This document shows positions 12,058 through 23,310 of a stretch of DNA of 64,000 nt, in pieces; the first letter of the stretch is position 1; each line of letters opens with the position of its first letter. The translations under genes were made by a program, and so were the position numbers. This stretch comes from Eledone cirrhosa (taxonomy: Eukaryota): assembly GCA_964016885.1 (NCBI GenBank), contig OZ024741.1, positions 265,670,001 through 265,734,000 on the forward strand, given 5' to 3'. Below the pieces are notes generated by a model. It worked only from the letters and a program-made list of their open reading frames with translations. It ran no database searches and was not told the DNA's origin.

Positions 12058-12710
12058 GGAAAAAATGAAACTAAATTTCATTTCCCACTCTTAGTACGGC
12101 TGTTAATTAAATATAAGTATGTATACGTACATACATATATGTATACAGACGTACAGTAGTATGTATATATATATACATACATGCACACATATATATATAT
12201 ATGTACGTATGGATTCACTGAATATTTATTATAATGCTCGGTGTGTTTGTAAACAAACATCCCGAATTAAGCCGTACAGTGTTTAGCAACCATCGTTGCC
12301 CTTTTTGTTCAACACTGACAAAGGAACGATGTACTAGTTTCAAGCTTATTGGCTATCGTCAGCACCGTATATCTTCCTGCCAGATGATTGAACGTCTGAA
12401 AGTATATACTTTCCTTATGCATATTAACGGCTGACCAGCCTAATTTGCATATCGAGTGAATTAATCGGCCGGGCGCACCGAAAACAATAAATGGAAAAAA
12501 TGAAACGAGATTTCATTTCTCACTCTTAGTACAGCTGTTACTTAAATATAAGTATGTATATATACGTACATACATATATGTATACAGACGTACAGTAGTA
12601 TGTATATATATATATATATACATACATGCACACATATATATATATGTACGTATGGATTTACCGAGCATTTATTATATTGCTCGGTTTGTTTGTAAACAAA
12701 CATCCCGAAT
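12054..12710 (-). mobile_element. Family C element, ~435-bp unit, 1.5 head-to-tail copies, in (TA)n
   Basis: 12054-12270 is repeated at 12489-12710. A full unit also occurs at 42274-42709 on the plus strand. Confidence 0.85.
12326..12368 (-). ncRNA. Type I minimal hammerhead ribozyme (family C)
   Basis: acggtg CTGACGA t agc-caataa-gct t GAAA ctag TA catcgt: 6-bp stem I with one G-U, palindromic stem III ACTAGT, GUA site. Confidence 0.8.
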
Positions 12711-12824
12711 TATATGTGTATATATATATATATATATGTAAAAGGTAAACAGAAATAACAACACAATCGGTACAGTATATGGAAGGTATATATTAGGTTA
12801 ACGCTTGGTATAGCAGGAAGAGGG

Positions 12825-12860
12825 TTTTAACGTTTCGGACGCTAGTCCTTCATCAGAAGA
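12825..12860 (-). ncRNA. Minimal PLE hammerhead ribozyme
   Basis: tcttCTGATGA a ggac-tagc-gtcc GAAA cgtt aaaa. Stem I is weaker than in the 3941-3976 copy. Confidence 0.75.
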
Positions 12861-13095
12861 AAGAATGAGAAATAAAATAGATTGAGGGGACGGGCGGGTT
12901 GGAATTGGAAAAAATGTCTTTAGATAAAAATAACAGGTCCATTCATGTTGACATCTCTTACAAAACTGTTGGTGCTGGCGTTTTGTGTATGATTTGTTTT
13001 TTAGAAAAGTGGATGATGGAGCGCGTCTACCTGAAATGGAAAAAAAACCGTTTTGCAAAAAGAGCTATACTTGAGCACGTGCGTAAGTATGAGTT

Positions 13096-13191
<96 letters not shown>

Positions 13192-13385
13192 ATTATAGGT
13201 CCGTACGAAGCTCAGAAGAAATGTGTGTGTATATGTGAGTAAAAGAGTGTGTGTGTGCATGTAAGTACGAAGCTATGAGCAAAAGTATGTTAATATAAGG
13301 GTGTGTATCGGCATGTATTAGTTGTAAGAGAAGCTGCTAATGATCAAGAGAAAGCGATAGGAATCTAGGGGTGTGATAATGGACA

Positions 13386-15520
13386 TTAGAGAAATTGGGG
13401 AGGTGAGTTGAGTCCAAGAGGGGAATAGGACCCAAGACGGTGAATCATACTTTGTTCAGTCCTGGTGCGCGAGGCCTGTGATCCGTGATGTAAAAGGACC
13501 CTCAGGACTGAAACATGTAGGGAAGAATGACCAGGAGAACAGAAATGACGGGCGACAGGAGTATCCAAACCGAGTCATATGTCCCTCAAATGTTCGTCAA
13601 AACGGTCCGCCATATGGCGTCCCGTTTGTCCGATATATAAAGACCCGCAAAGGGAACACCGGAGGGCATAGACAACGTAGGTGGATGTGCAGGTGAAGGA
13701 ATGGCGGATACGGAAAGACCCGTTAGGGCCTGTAAGAGTGGTGAGGGTGGAAATAAAGGGACAAGTGTTGCAGCGGGAACGGGAACAAGGATGAGAGCCG
13801 GGTGGAGTCGTGGGAGAGGAGGAAAAGGAACTGCGAACCAGGAGGTCGCGGAGGTTTCGGGCGCGCTTAAAAGCAGTAATAGGTGGGTTTGGAAAAAAGC
13901 GAGAAGTGACGGGGTCAGAAGAGAGGATACGGAAGGAACGGAGGATATGTCGCCGGAGTGGTAGGGTGATGGGGTGGTAGGTGAGAGGGAAAGGAACACG
14001 GGTGTTAGGAAGGCGGGGGTGAGGTGAGAGGACTGTGGTGCGGTCTGTTACCCGGGCGTGGGTGACAGCAGCTTGGATCAGGGTGGGGGGATATCCACGC
14101 TGGATGAAGCAGGAAGCCATGCGAAGGGAATGGGTTTCGAAATCGTCGTCCTGACTACAGAGTCGACGAAGACGGAGGAATTGGGAATAGGGTATGGAGT
14201 GTTTGGTGTGGATTGGATGGGAGGAGGTGAAGTCGAGATAAGATTGGGAGTCTGTTGGTTTAATGTAGATGGAAGTAGAGAGGGTGTGGTGAGAGAGATT
14301 AATAGATAGAGAGATATCTAGAAAAGCGACAGAAGAATCGGAGACGGAGGCGGTGAAATTGAGAGCAGGATGGAAAGATTGGACAAAAGAAAGAAAACAG
14401 TCGAGCTGTTCTCGTGATAGAGAGGTGGCGCCGATACAGTCGTCGATATAACGATAGTATAGCTCAGGAGTCGGTCCAGCGTACTGGGAGAAGATCTGGG
14501 CTTCGACGTAGCCAACAAACAAGTTAGCATAGTTTGGACCCATTCTGGTCCCCATCGCTACCCCAGAGACCTGCTGGTAAAATTCACCCGAAAAAGAAAA
14601 TCCATTAAGGTTGAGAACAAGCTCAGTCAGACGGAGACGAGTGAAGTCATCCGTCTGTGTTGATGATGGCGTGTCGTGAAAAAAAGCTTTCAGCTTTAAT
14701 CGACGGAAGAACCCTTCAATCTCGGCACGTGTGCGGAACTCGTCGCAGGTAGATGTGGTTGGTATAAAACGCAAACCACGGGCGAGGAGGGAGCGCTCAG
14801 CTTCGGAGAGTGGTAGGTCCTGGGGTATGGTAACTACAGTGTAGGGACATGAGGGAGTGAAAGAGGCGGAAGCGGAGGGGTCAATGTGATTGGGCAAAGC
14901 GTGTGCAGATGCAGTGGTGGGTGACGGGATAGAGGGGTTAGGGCTGGAAATGATATGAGTATGAGTGGTGACGGCAGGCGGGGAGCGGAGAGAGTCGAGT
15001 TTGTGTTCTTTTGCGGAAGTGAGGAAATTGAAAAGGAGGCGATTGAGATAAAGGATGAATTGGCTAAGGGATTGGGCGAGGAAAGGGTGGCAAGTGGAGG
15101 AGAGATGGAGGTAGGCCTTGGGGAGATCTCGGTCGAGAGAACGGATTTGGGCGAGAGTTGATCGAATGGTCGCCCGCATGAGATGACGAGAGGAGCGGGT
15201 AAGGATGGGCTCAGTGGTGGAAGCAGAGTAAGAGGTGGGGTGAAACTTGAGGCGGAAACCGCGAGGAATGAGGTGGTGGTGGAGAGAGCGACTTAAAAAT
15301 GTGATGTGACTGTTGTATCGTGTTTTGGTGAAGATGAGGTTGGAGAGATGCAGGGAGGATTGGATGTATATAGGGGAGGAGGCTGGAGGAAGCGCTTGAG
15401 AGTAGAATGGAGCTGGCGGAGAAAAGATTTGAGATTGGGCATATTGAAGGTACTAGGGTGCGAGTAAAAATAGACGGGTGAGAAGAATGTAGTAGAGGAA
15501 ATGTGGTAGAGAGTCGTGGA
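13386..15520 (-). pseudogene. PLE RT/GIY-YIG ORF, disrupted
   Basis: In-frame loss of the N-terminal RT motifs at ~14635 (TDDFTRLR|LTELVL), with frameshifts near 13575 and upstream of 15180. Confidence 0.85.
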
Positions 15521-15700
15521 ATATTTAAATGCAAGAAGCAAAGAAAATTTCAATGATACGAAAGATTTCCTGGTGGAAGTTCAGGTGTACTCTGGGTTGG
15601 TATCCAGTTTCGAGGTGAAAGTCCAATCAGAAAATCCAACGAATTTTGAGAGGTTCACGTAAGCGTTGATATATATATATATATCGATATTATTTGGGTA

Positions 15701-15824
15701 TCCACTGATGAGTTTATAAGGGCCCGCTTGTGTATAAAACTATGGATTATATACAAGTTTCTACATAACCTGAAAATTATTTATCCCAAATTGTAGAAAT
15801 CTTATAACGAAACGGCGGTCTGGA
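15701..15824 (+). ncRNA. Type I hammerhead with branched, extended stem II
   Basis: tcca CTGATGA gtt(t)ataag [11-bp hairpin 15727-15757][8-bp hairpin 15758-15799] cttataac GAAA cggcg GTC tgga. Confidence 0.8.
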
Positions 15825-15860
15825 AGGAAAGAGACATTTATTTATGTCTCATATAAAATA

Positions 15861-16041
15861 ATTGTTTCTACTATTGGCACAAGGCCAGCAATTACTCAGT
15901 ACATTACTGGTACTTTATTTTATCGACCCCGTAAGGATGAAAGGCAAAGTTAACCTCGGCGGGATTTGAACTCAGAATGGCAAGGGCCGTAACTCTATGC
16001 GTCAAAGCATGGCGTCCGACCCTCTACCGATACTGGCAACC
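15861..16041 (-). mobile_element. tRNA-derived SINE
   Basis: ggcacaaggccagcaatt...tcgaccccgtaaggatgaaaggcaaagttaacctcggcgggatttgaactcaga (reverse B-box). Confidence 0.9.
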
Positions 16042-16192
16042 AGCTATCCACGAAATACTGATTAGTTAGCACCCCAAACACTAAATTGGGAAAATACTTA
16101 GGTATATCCTAATGTTTGTAGAGTGAGATGGAGTTGGTCAGAGTATCGCTTAAGGCTTCCTCTGTTAATGTATTAAATATATATATATGTAT

Positions 16193-16537
16193 GTAAAAGG
16201 TAAACAGAAATAACAACACAATCGGTACAGTATATGGAAGGTTTATATTAGGTTAACGCTTAATATAGCAGGAAGAGGGTCTTATCGTTTCGGACGCTAG
16301 TCCTTCGTCAGAAGAAAGAATGAGAAATAAAATAGATTGAGGAGGCGGGCGGGTTGGAATTGGAAAAAATGTCTTTAGACAAAAATAACAGGTCCACTCA
16401 TGTTGACATCTCTTGTAAACTGTTGGTGCTGGCGTTTTGTGTATGATTTGTTTTTTTTAGAAAAGTGGATGATGGCAGGCGTCTACCTGAAATAGAAAAA
16501 AAAAACCGTTTTGCAAAAAGAGCTATACTTGAACACG
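16193..16537 (-). mobile_element. Neptune-type PLE 3' terminal repeat fragment
   Basis: High identity to 12738-13079. Its hammerhead variant reads CTGACGA..GAAAcgATa (cleavage U replaced). Confidence 0.9.
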
Positions 16538-16714
16538 GGATCTTCTGAAACTGAGTTTCAGAAGATCCCGTTAAGGGTGAAAGCAGCGATTCTTTGCTTA
16601 AACTTTAATCTGTTATTTTAATAAATATTTGCTCTACGGTTCTTATATATTTGATATATATTTATCCTTATCGAGCCCACTTTGGATTTTAGTCTTCAAA
16701 TTTATTATTATTAC
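16535..16714 (+). mobile_element. Family A element with 18-bp 5' fold-back
   Basis: acgggatcttctgaaact-g-agtttcagaagatcccgt hairpin, then the family A body ending ttattattattac(TA)n. Confidence 0.85.
16554..16604 (+). ncRNA. Hammerhead-like fold with variant core CAGAAGA (family A)
   Basis: agttt CAGAAGA t ccc-gttaa-ggg t GAAA gca-gcgattctt-tgc TT aaact. All three stems pair, and the fold is identical at 41994-42044 (-) and 45575-45625 (+). Confidence 0.65.
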
Positions 16715-16720
16715 TATATA

Positions 16721-17696
16721 TCTGTATATATAAAATTAAGTATGTGTGTGTGTCTGTGTGTCTGTGTATTACCTATAGGGGTCTACATCTTACGACCGAT
16801 TTTCATGAAACTTTACAGGCTCATAGATTAGTCATCGGGGAGTGTTTTCTATATATCAGCGTATCGTTTTTTTTTTATTCCGAGTTCATTCTGCAGATAA
16901 AAATCGATAGGGGGGGGGGGGGTCACCTTGTTTTAGGTATCGAAAAATATGATTTTTGGCTCTAGCTCCCACATTTTGCCACCGATTTCGTTCAAATTTT
17001 AAAGCAAAATAGAATTTATCATTGCACATCCTGTAATGGCTTTATATTTTGCATTTGTTGTTCAGGGACGGCGTGGCAGCCGCTTAAATATGCAAAAATA
17101 CCACTTTTAGACTCAAATTTCCACTTTTTCGGCTCTAGCTCCCACATTAATCAACCTACTTTGTTCATACGTTAGATCTGATTATTTCACGTCTTAAAGT
17201 GGCTTTACATTTTGAATTTTGTTTCAGGAACGGCGTGGCAGCCGCTTAAATATTCGAAAATACCACCTTTTCGCTCAAATTTCCGCCTTTTCGGCTCTAG
17301 CTCCTACATTTTTCAATTGATTTCGTTCAAATTCGAAACTTCGGCTCCACCTCACACATAAATCAATTTATTTGGTTCAACTTTTATATTACGATAAAAC
17401 CTATCATTGCACAACTTATAGATGGTCAAAGGCAAAACGATGGCAACTGACGTCGTCTGAGCTTTTAGTAGCGAGAGGAAATTTGGCTTAGTGTTAGAGG
17501 TCATTACCTCCCTCCTCCAGCATGCCCCTTCGTCAGTCACCCGCGTTTCTCAGTGTTAGAGGTCATCACCACCCTCCCCCGCATGGGTTGTGTGTGGCCA
17601 TAGATGAGTCATCGAGAAGCAGTCGCTAAGATCAACACCTTTTCATCAAAGCAGATATTATTTTACCTACCCAGGCAACGCTGGGTACTGCTGCTA

Positions 17697-17697
<1 letters not shown>
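16721..17697 (+). mobile_element. Non-autonomous Helitron
   Basis: A|TC start and CTAG|T end, subterminal hairpin tacccag-gcaacg-ctgggta (17668-17687), 5' GTCT/GT microsatellite, and internal ~165-bp repeats (ggctctagctcc at ~16958, 17131, 17293). Confidence 0.85.
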
Positions 17698-17742
<45 letters not shown>

Positions 17743-17865
17743 TTCTTAGGGTAAACTATTCATATATATATATATATATAAATATATATAAATAAATATA
17801 TAATAATGTTATATCAAATATTCATAAATCGTCATCATCATCATCATCATCGTCATCATCATCAT

Positions 17866-18135
17866 ATTCTTCTTCTTCTTCTTCTTCTTCTTCTTCTTCT
17901 TCTTCTTCTTCTTCTTCTTCTTCTTCTTCTTCTTCTCCCTCCCATTTATTCCTGCGAGGGTCGAAGGGCGGAGTTCTCAAACACATCTTCCAGTAAGTCC
18001 TGTCAAAAGCAACCATCTCCCACTGATCCGACTGGATCCCCAAGCGAGACCAGCCAAGCTCATGGATGTTATTCAACCATCTTGCTCAGGGTCTACCTGA
18101 TTTGCCATAAGAGTCAACGGCCATCCAAAAGTATG
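17866..18135 (-). mobile_element. RTE-clade LINE 3' fragment with (GAA)n tail
   Basis: ARWLNNIHELGWSRLGIQ..DRTYW; same family as 26734-26960. Confidence 0.75.
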
Positions 18136-18562
18136 TAAATATGTATATACACATGTTCATATGTATGTATATGTATATATACATGGGTGCATGTGTATAT
18201 ATATGCGCGGCGACATAGAAATAGTCGGGCTGGACACCCGATCGCGCGGTTAAACCACTGGGAGTGAAGGACCCCTAGCCTTTATCAGGGCATTCTTCTA
18301 GGAGAAAGCAACTCAGGAAACTGGGATAACTCCGATATAAAACCTGCGACTCAGTAGTTATCGACGATGTTGATCTTTTCTTCTTTTCGTGTTATAGCTA
18401 CTGTCGCTCAGAGTGGGATAGGCCCAGTGCAGTCTTTCCTGAGTTTAAAAAATATCTTCACGCACAAGCATTGCACGATAGAATTAATTAATGATTATTA
18501 ATAATGTTATATCGTGCAATGGCCATACTAGATAACGAGGGAGCAGCCATCATGTATGTATG

Positions 18563-19365
18563 TTATCTCGTTCTTTTAATTTCGAGTATATTTTTTTGAC
18601 CGGCCACCTTCCTGGTAGCAAGGTTGTAAAAGAAAAGAAATTGTCATCCCTTGAATCACAAGAATGTTTTGCAAATTTTGAAGGTGCCAGCTATCGCAGC
18701 CATTTGTAGACTATGAATTAGGGAGCTGCGCTCTTTGTCCGCAAATCTAAGTTCAGTCATACTTTGGTCCAAGCGGGTTGGTATATAACCCGTAGCTCCA
18801 ATAATGATGGGTATGAAGCTAAAGGTGTATCTTGGATACTGGATTTGTAAACTCCTCATCAATGGTCCGTAGATGTCCTCCTTCTCCTGTATTTTTCTGA
18901 CAACGTTTACCACAAGTGGGCAGCTGATCTCCACAACAGAACACGTTTTCAATGTGTGGTCCCAAACAACAATATCAGGCTGGTTGTGCTTTAATTTGGT
19001 GGCAGTTTTTATTTTTAGGTTCCACCAGTATTCCTTAGTGCCATCTGTCTCAATATATTCTTCCTCGTTTGTTGTTAATTTTGTTTTCCGAAGTGCGTTC
19101 CAGATGGTTCTAGCTATCCCATCGTGTCTCATGGGGAGGTAGTAGCGAGATGACATTCTTTCGCAGGTGGCAACAATGTGGCTTACATCCTCGATCTTTG
19201 TTTTACATAGCCTACATTTATTGTCAGCTGCTGGCCCTCCCCTTTTGTGCAGCAGATATTTGGTAGGGAGTTCTTGTTCCTGTATTGCATAGAGATATCC
19301 CTCAAGGTGTGATGTCATAAACTTGTCGGAACTCCATGCCAGGCTTTTTGAGTGGTTTATCCCCT
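18563..19365 (-). mobile_element. RLE-type (R4/HERO-like) non-LTR retrotransposon 3' part, inserted in (CATA)n
   Basis: AIQEQ, CRLC..EDVSHIVATC, RHD, QPDIVVWD..VVEISCP..KEDIY and IPIIIGATG motifs, with (TATG)n on both flanks (18552-18562, 19366-19414). Confidence 0.9.
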
Positions 19366-19519
19366 GTATGTATGTATGTATGTATGTATGTATGTATGTA
19401 TGTATGTATGTATGTTTCATAGTCACCAGAGCCGGACACAATAACTCACAGATATCTATAAATGGCCGAACGCTAATAATATCTGTCATGACAAAGCAGA
19501 GAAGTCATTATTACGCAAA

Positions 19520-19740
19520 CGACATGATCTGCTTAGCAGATGGAATCATTTGGTTAGCAGACGACATGATCTAGTTAGCAGACGACATGATGAGGTTAGC
19601 TGATCTAGTTAGCAGACGGCATGATCTGGCAAACAGCCGGCCTGATCTGGTTAGCAGACGACATGATGTGGTTAGCTGATTTAGTTAGCAGACGGCATGA
19701 TCTGGCTAACAGTCGATATGATCTGGTTAGCAGACGATAA
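19520..19740. repeat. Tandem ~21-bp repeat ctggttagcagacgacatgat
   Basis: About 9-10 imperfect copies are visible. Confidence 0.85.
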
Positions 19741-20405
19741 CAGCTGACACTGAGAGTGGTTATGAAAAAAAAAAAAAAGAAAAAGAACATGGAAACCAAA
19801 TGAAATCAATTGAAAATAAAAGAAAGCAGGTGATATAGGTGTTGGGTGAAGGTAAGGCGGTGGAATGATCGGAGGAAATAAATGGAAGATAAAAATATAA
19901 AGAACATATGATCCAGATGTTAACAAGTAATAGCCAGACAGTAAAAGAATGTATTGTTCTTTAATTCACACACTCACATACACTAACACACACAAACACA
20001 TATATACTAACACACACACACACACGCCCACACATACACACACACACTCACACACATACACTAACACATACACACACGCATGCACTAACACACATACACA
20101 CACACACTCACACACATACACTAACACATACACACACATGCACTAACCCATACACACACACGCTAACACATACACACATACATGCACTAACACACACACA
20201 CACACACATACACACATCTGTGTGTAATTTTGTTTGTTTAAACACGGGTGTTATGTTGGGAGTGGGTGGTGAGTGAGGATTGGCATTTGTATCAAGAACA
20301 TTTTGTTTTCCAAAACATACAAGGCGAAACTAAACCGAAAATACCATTTGATCTCGCGTAAATAACATTATACCGATTCCAACGTCACACGAGGAAGTTA
20401 ACTAA

Positions 20406-20819
20406 AACACTTTCTCCAGCCGCAACCTGGCGCAGTCTGCTACTAACCCAGGTTCTGCTGCACGTCGGGCTGAGGAGGCTAAACTCTCCAAATACTGGTC
20501 GCTCTCCGACAGCTTCGTGGTCGTACCCTTGGCAGTGGAGACTTCTGGTGTCCTTGGCCCTAGGGCCACCTCCCTATTCACCACCATAGGCGCTGAGCTG
20601 GCCAGCCGCAGGTGTGAGCCTCGCGAGTTGGAATGGCTCTTCTAGCGCATCTCCCTTACCATTCTCCGGGGAAACGCCTTCTCCATCCTTCTCCATCCTG
20701 TATGGGGAGGCCAGCACGTGGGACCCCATTTGCTCACCATACGGATTAATAGGCAAAGTTATAAACTATTGTATATAACCCTATTTGCTTGACAAAAAAC
20801 AAAAAACAAAAAAAAAAAG
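20406..20819 (+). mobile_element. CRE-clade non-LTR retrotransposon 3' fragment with A-rich tail
   Basis: Hand translation gives NTFSSRNLAQSATNPGSAARRAEEAKLSKY..FVVVPLAVETSGVLG..WLF*RISLTILRGNAFSIL, typical of the CRE RLE C-terminus. The A-tail is at 20793-20819. Confidence 0.8.
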
Positions 20820-20992
20820 CAAACATGCGCTGGCTGAAGACATTTGTAACGTTGACTCAATTTTATTGTTGGCGTGTGAAATCACCTTCGGAGATAACAA
20901 GCTAAATAAATGATTAGTCTCTGAAATATTTAAAGTTCCCAGCTTTAATGGTATTGGTTAGTTTGGTTTGGCAGAGGTTTGGTTGGAGGCCC

Positions 20993-21144
20993 GACGTTCT
21001 TTTTACAGGGCTTAGAAAAACTGTAGAACCGTGGCAATAAATGTGTGAATCTGAGAGGGTAATATGTAGATTAAAATCATAATTAACTGATCTTTCTATA
21101 TTTTCTTTTACCTAAAGCCAGGAAATTTTCAGCACCCTCTCGCA
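20993..21144 (+). mobile_element. Mariner 3' remnant
   Basis: Reads approximately FFLQGLEKL*NRGNKCVNLRG*YVD* (mariner C-terminus), followed by a TIR-like end aaattttcagcaccctctcg. Confidence 0.65.
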
Positions 21145-21364
21145 TATGGGCGTGCATGCTCCATGTCTATATTAACAGCCAGGCTCACGATAGAAGGATC
21201 AATGTGAACATTGCTCTAAAAATGAGAAACTGTATCGAAATGCTTGATCACTAAAGTTACTAAAACTACGATTTGTAAAATATTTGACCCTTATAGAATA
21301 ACATTCATAGCATTTTTTAAATATATGTTGATAGGGGTTGAAACTGTTTCTACATAAATGGGCT

Positions 21365-21422
<58 letters not shown>

Positions 21423-21672
21423 TATACATACATACAAACGTACGTAAATATAAATATATATATATTTATATGAAACAAATCTAAAGTGGATTTCTTTTTA
21501 TTATAGATACTTTTGCGTATTGCACGCACACATACACACATACTACACACACACACACATACTACACACACAGCCCCACCCCCTATAAAGTGTGTGACTT
21601 TAAATATTTATGTTCTATCAGAGAACATTTCTTAAGTTTAGCAGAGCATTAACACATTTTTCTCTCTCTCGC

Positions 21673-21679
<7 letters not shown>

Positions 21680-21728
<49 letters not shown>

Positions 21729-21918
21729 TACACACACACTCTTAATAATACATATATGTATGTATGTGTGCATGTATATATGTATACATATATATGTATG
21801 TATATATATATATATATATATACTCATATATACATATATGTATATATATATATGTATATATGTATATATATATGTATATATATATATACATATATATGTA
21901 TATATGTATATATATATG

Positions 21919-21972
<54 letters not shown>

Positions 21973-23085
21973 CATATATATACATACATATATATATATA
22001 TATATTCATATATACGTATATGTATGTATCTATCTATCTACACACACAATCTATCTACCTATTTATTTGTTTGTCCGTCCGTTTATATCTCTCTCATCTC
22101 TCTCAACCACCCCCCCTCTCTCAACCACTCCCCCTCTCAACCACTCCACCTCTCTCTCTCTCAACCACTCTTCCCCTCTCTTTCTCTCAACCAGTCCACC
22201 TCTCTCTCAACCACTCCACCCCTCTCTCTCTCAACCACTCCCCCCCTCTCTCTCTCTCAACCACTCTCCACCACTCTCTCTCTCAACCACTCCACCTCTC
22301 TCTCTCTCAACCACTCCACCCCTCTCTCTCACAACCACTCTCCCCCTCTCTCTCTCTCAACCACTCTCCACCACTCTCTCTCTCAACCACTCCACCCCTC
22401 TCTCTCTCTCAACCACTCCACCCCTCTCTCTCTCAACCACTCTCTCCCCCTCTCTCTCTCAACTACTCCCCCTCTCTCTCTCAACCACTCTCCCTCTCTC
22501 TCTCTCTCAACCACTCCACCCCTCTCTCTCTCACCCCCCCCCTCGCTTTCCTTACATTTATTTGTCCACCAATGTCTTTCTAATCAAATGACACCACCCT
22601 GACAGCTGGTATCAGAACTATCAACTCCGTTGTTGTCACATTATACAACTTATAAACTATGCAACAATCACACGATTCATATAAAAGACATGAAAACATC
22701 TTCAAACCATTTGTATCAAATACAACAACAACAACAACAACAATAACAATAACAACCATAACAGCAGCAGCAGCAACTATAACACCAACAACAACAACAA
22801 CAGCAACAGCATCAACAACAATAACACCACCAACAACAACAACAGCAACAGCAACAACAACAATAACAACAACAACAACAACATGAGCAACTGCAATAAT
22901 ATACAACAATAAGATCAGCAGCAACAACAACAACAACAACAGCAGCAGCAACAACAACAAGAAAAATAACAATAAAATAACAAAAAACAACAGCAGCAAC
23001 AACAACAACCAACAACAATAACACCAATAACAACAACAACAACAGCAGCAGCAACTGCAACAATAACAGTAACAACAGCAACAAT

Positions 23086-23123
<38 letters not shown>

Positions 23124-23310
23124 CAATAAAATAACAAAACCAACAGGAGCAACAACAATAACAACAACAACAGCAACAACAACAACAACAACAATAACAA
23201 TAAAGTAACAAAAACAACTGCAGCAGCAACAACAACAACAACAACAATACTAACAATAACAACAACAACAATAAAATAACTAAAACAACAACAACAACAA
23301 CAACAACAAA
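21680..23310. repeat. Compound simple repeats: (TA/TACA)n, ctctctcaaccactc tandem array, (CAA/CAG)n
   Basis: Directly visible. Confidence 0.9.

Larger units (their letters stand above)
12738..15668 (-). mobile_element. Penelope-like element (Neptune-type), RT + GIY-YIG, internally deleted, flanked by (TA)n
   Basis: ORF 13575-15179 has LARGLRFIPT, GVAMGTRMGPNYANLFV, YYRYIDD, FLDI, YIKPTD and IPYSQFLRLRRLC, a Cys linker PCSRSRCNTC, and GIY-YIG VVYALRC..LYIGQT..RFDEH. The frameshifted tail 13386-13568 ends PLGLN. A hammerhead lies in the 3' repeat. Confidence 0.95.

Noticed and set aside
16193-16537. True upstream LTR/pLTR of the PLE at 12738-15668
   Set aside because: It is separated from the element by TA tracts, a ribozyme island and a SINE, and is fused to family A. 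It is more likely an independent insertion.
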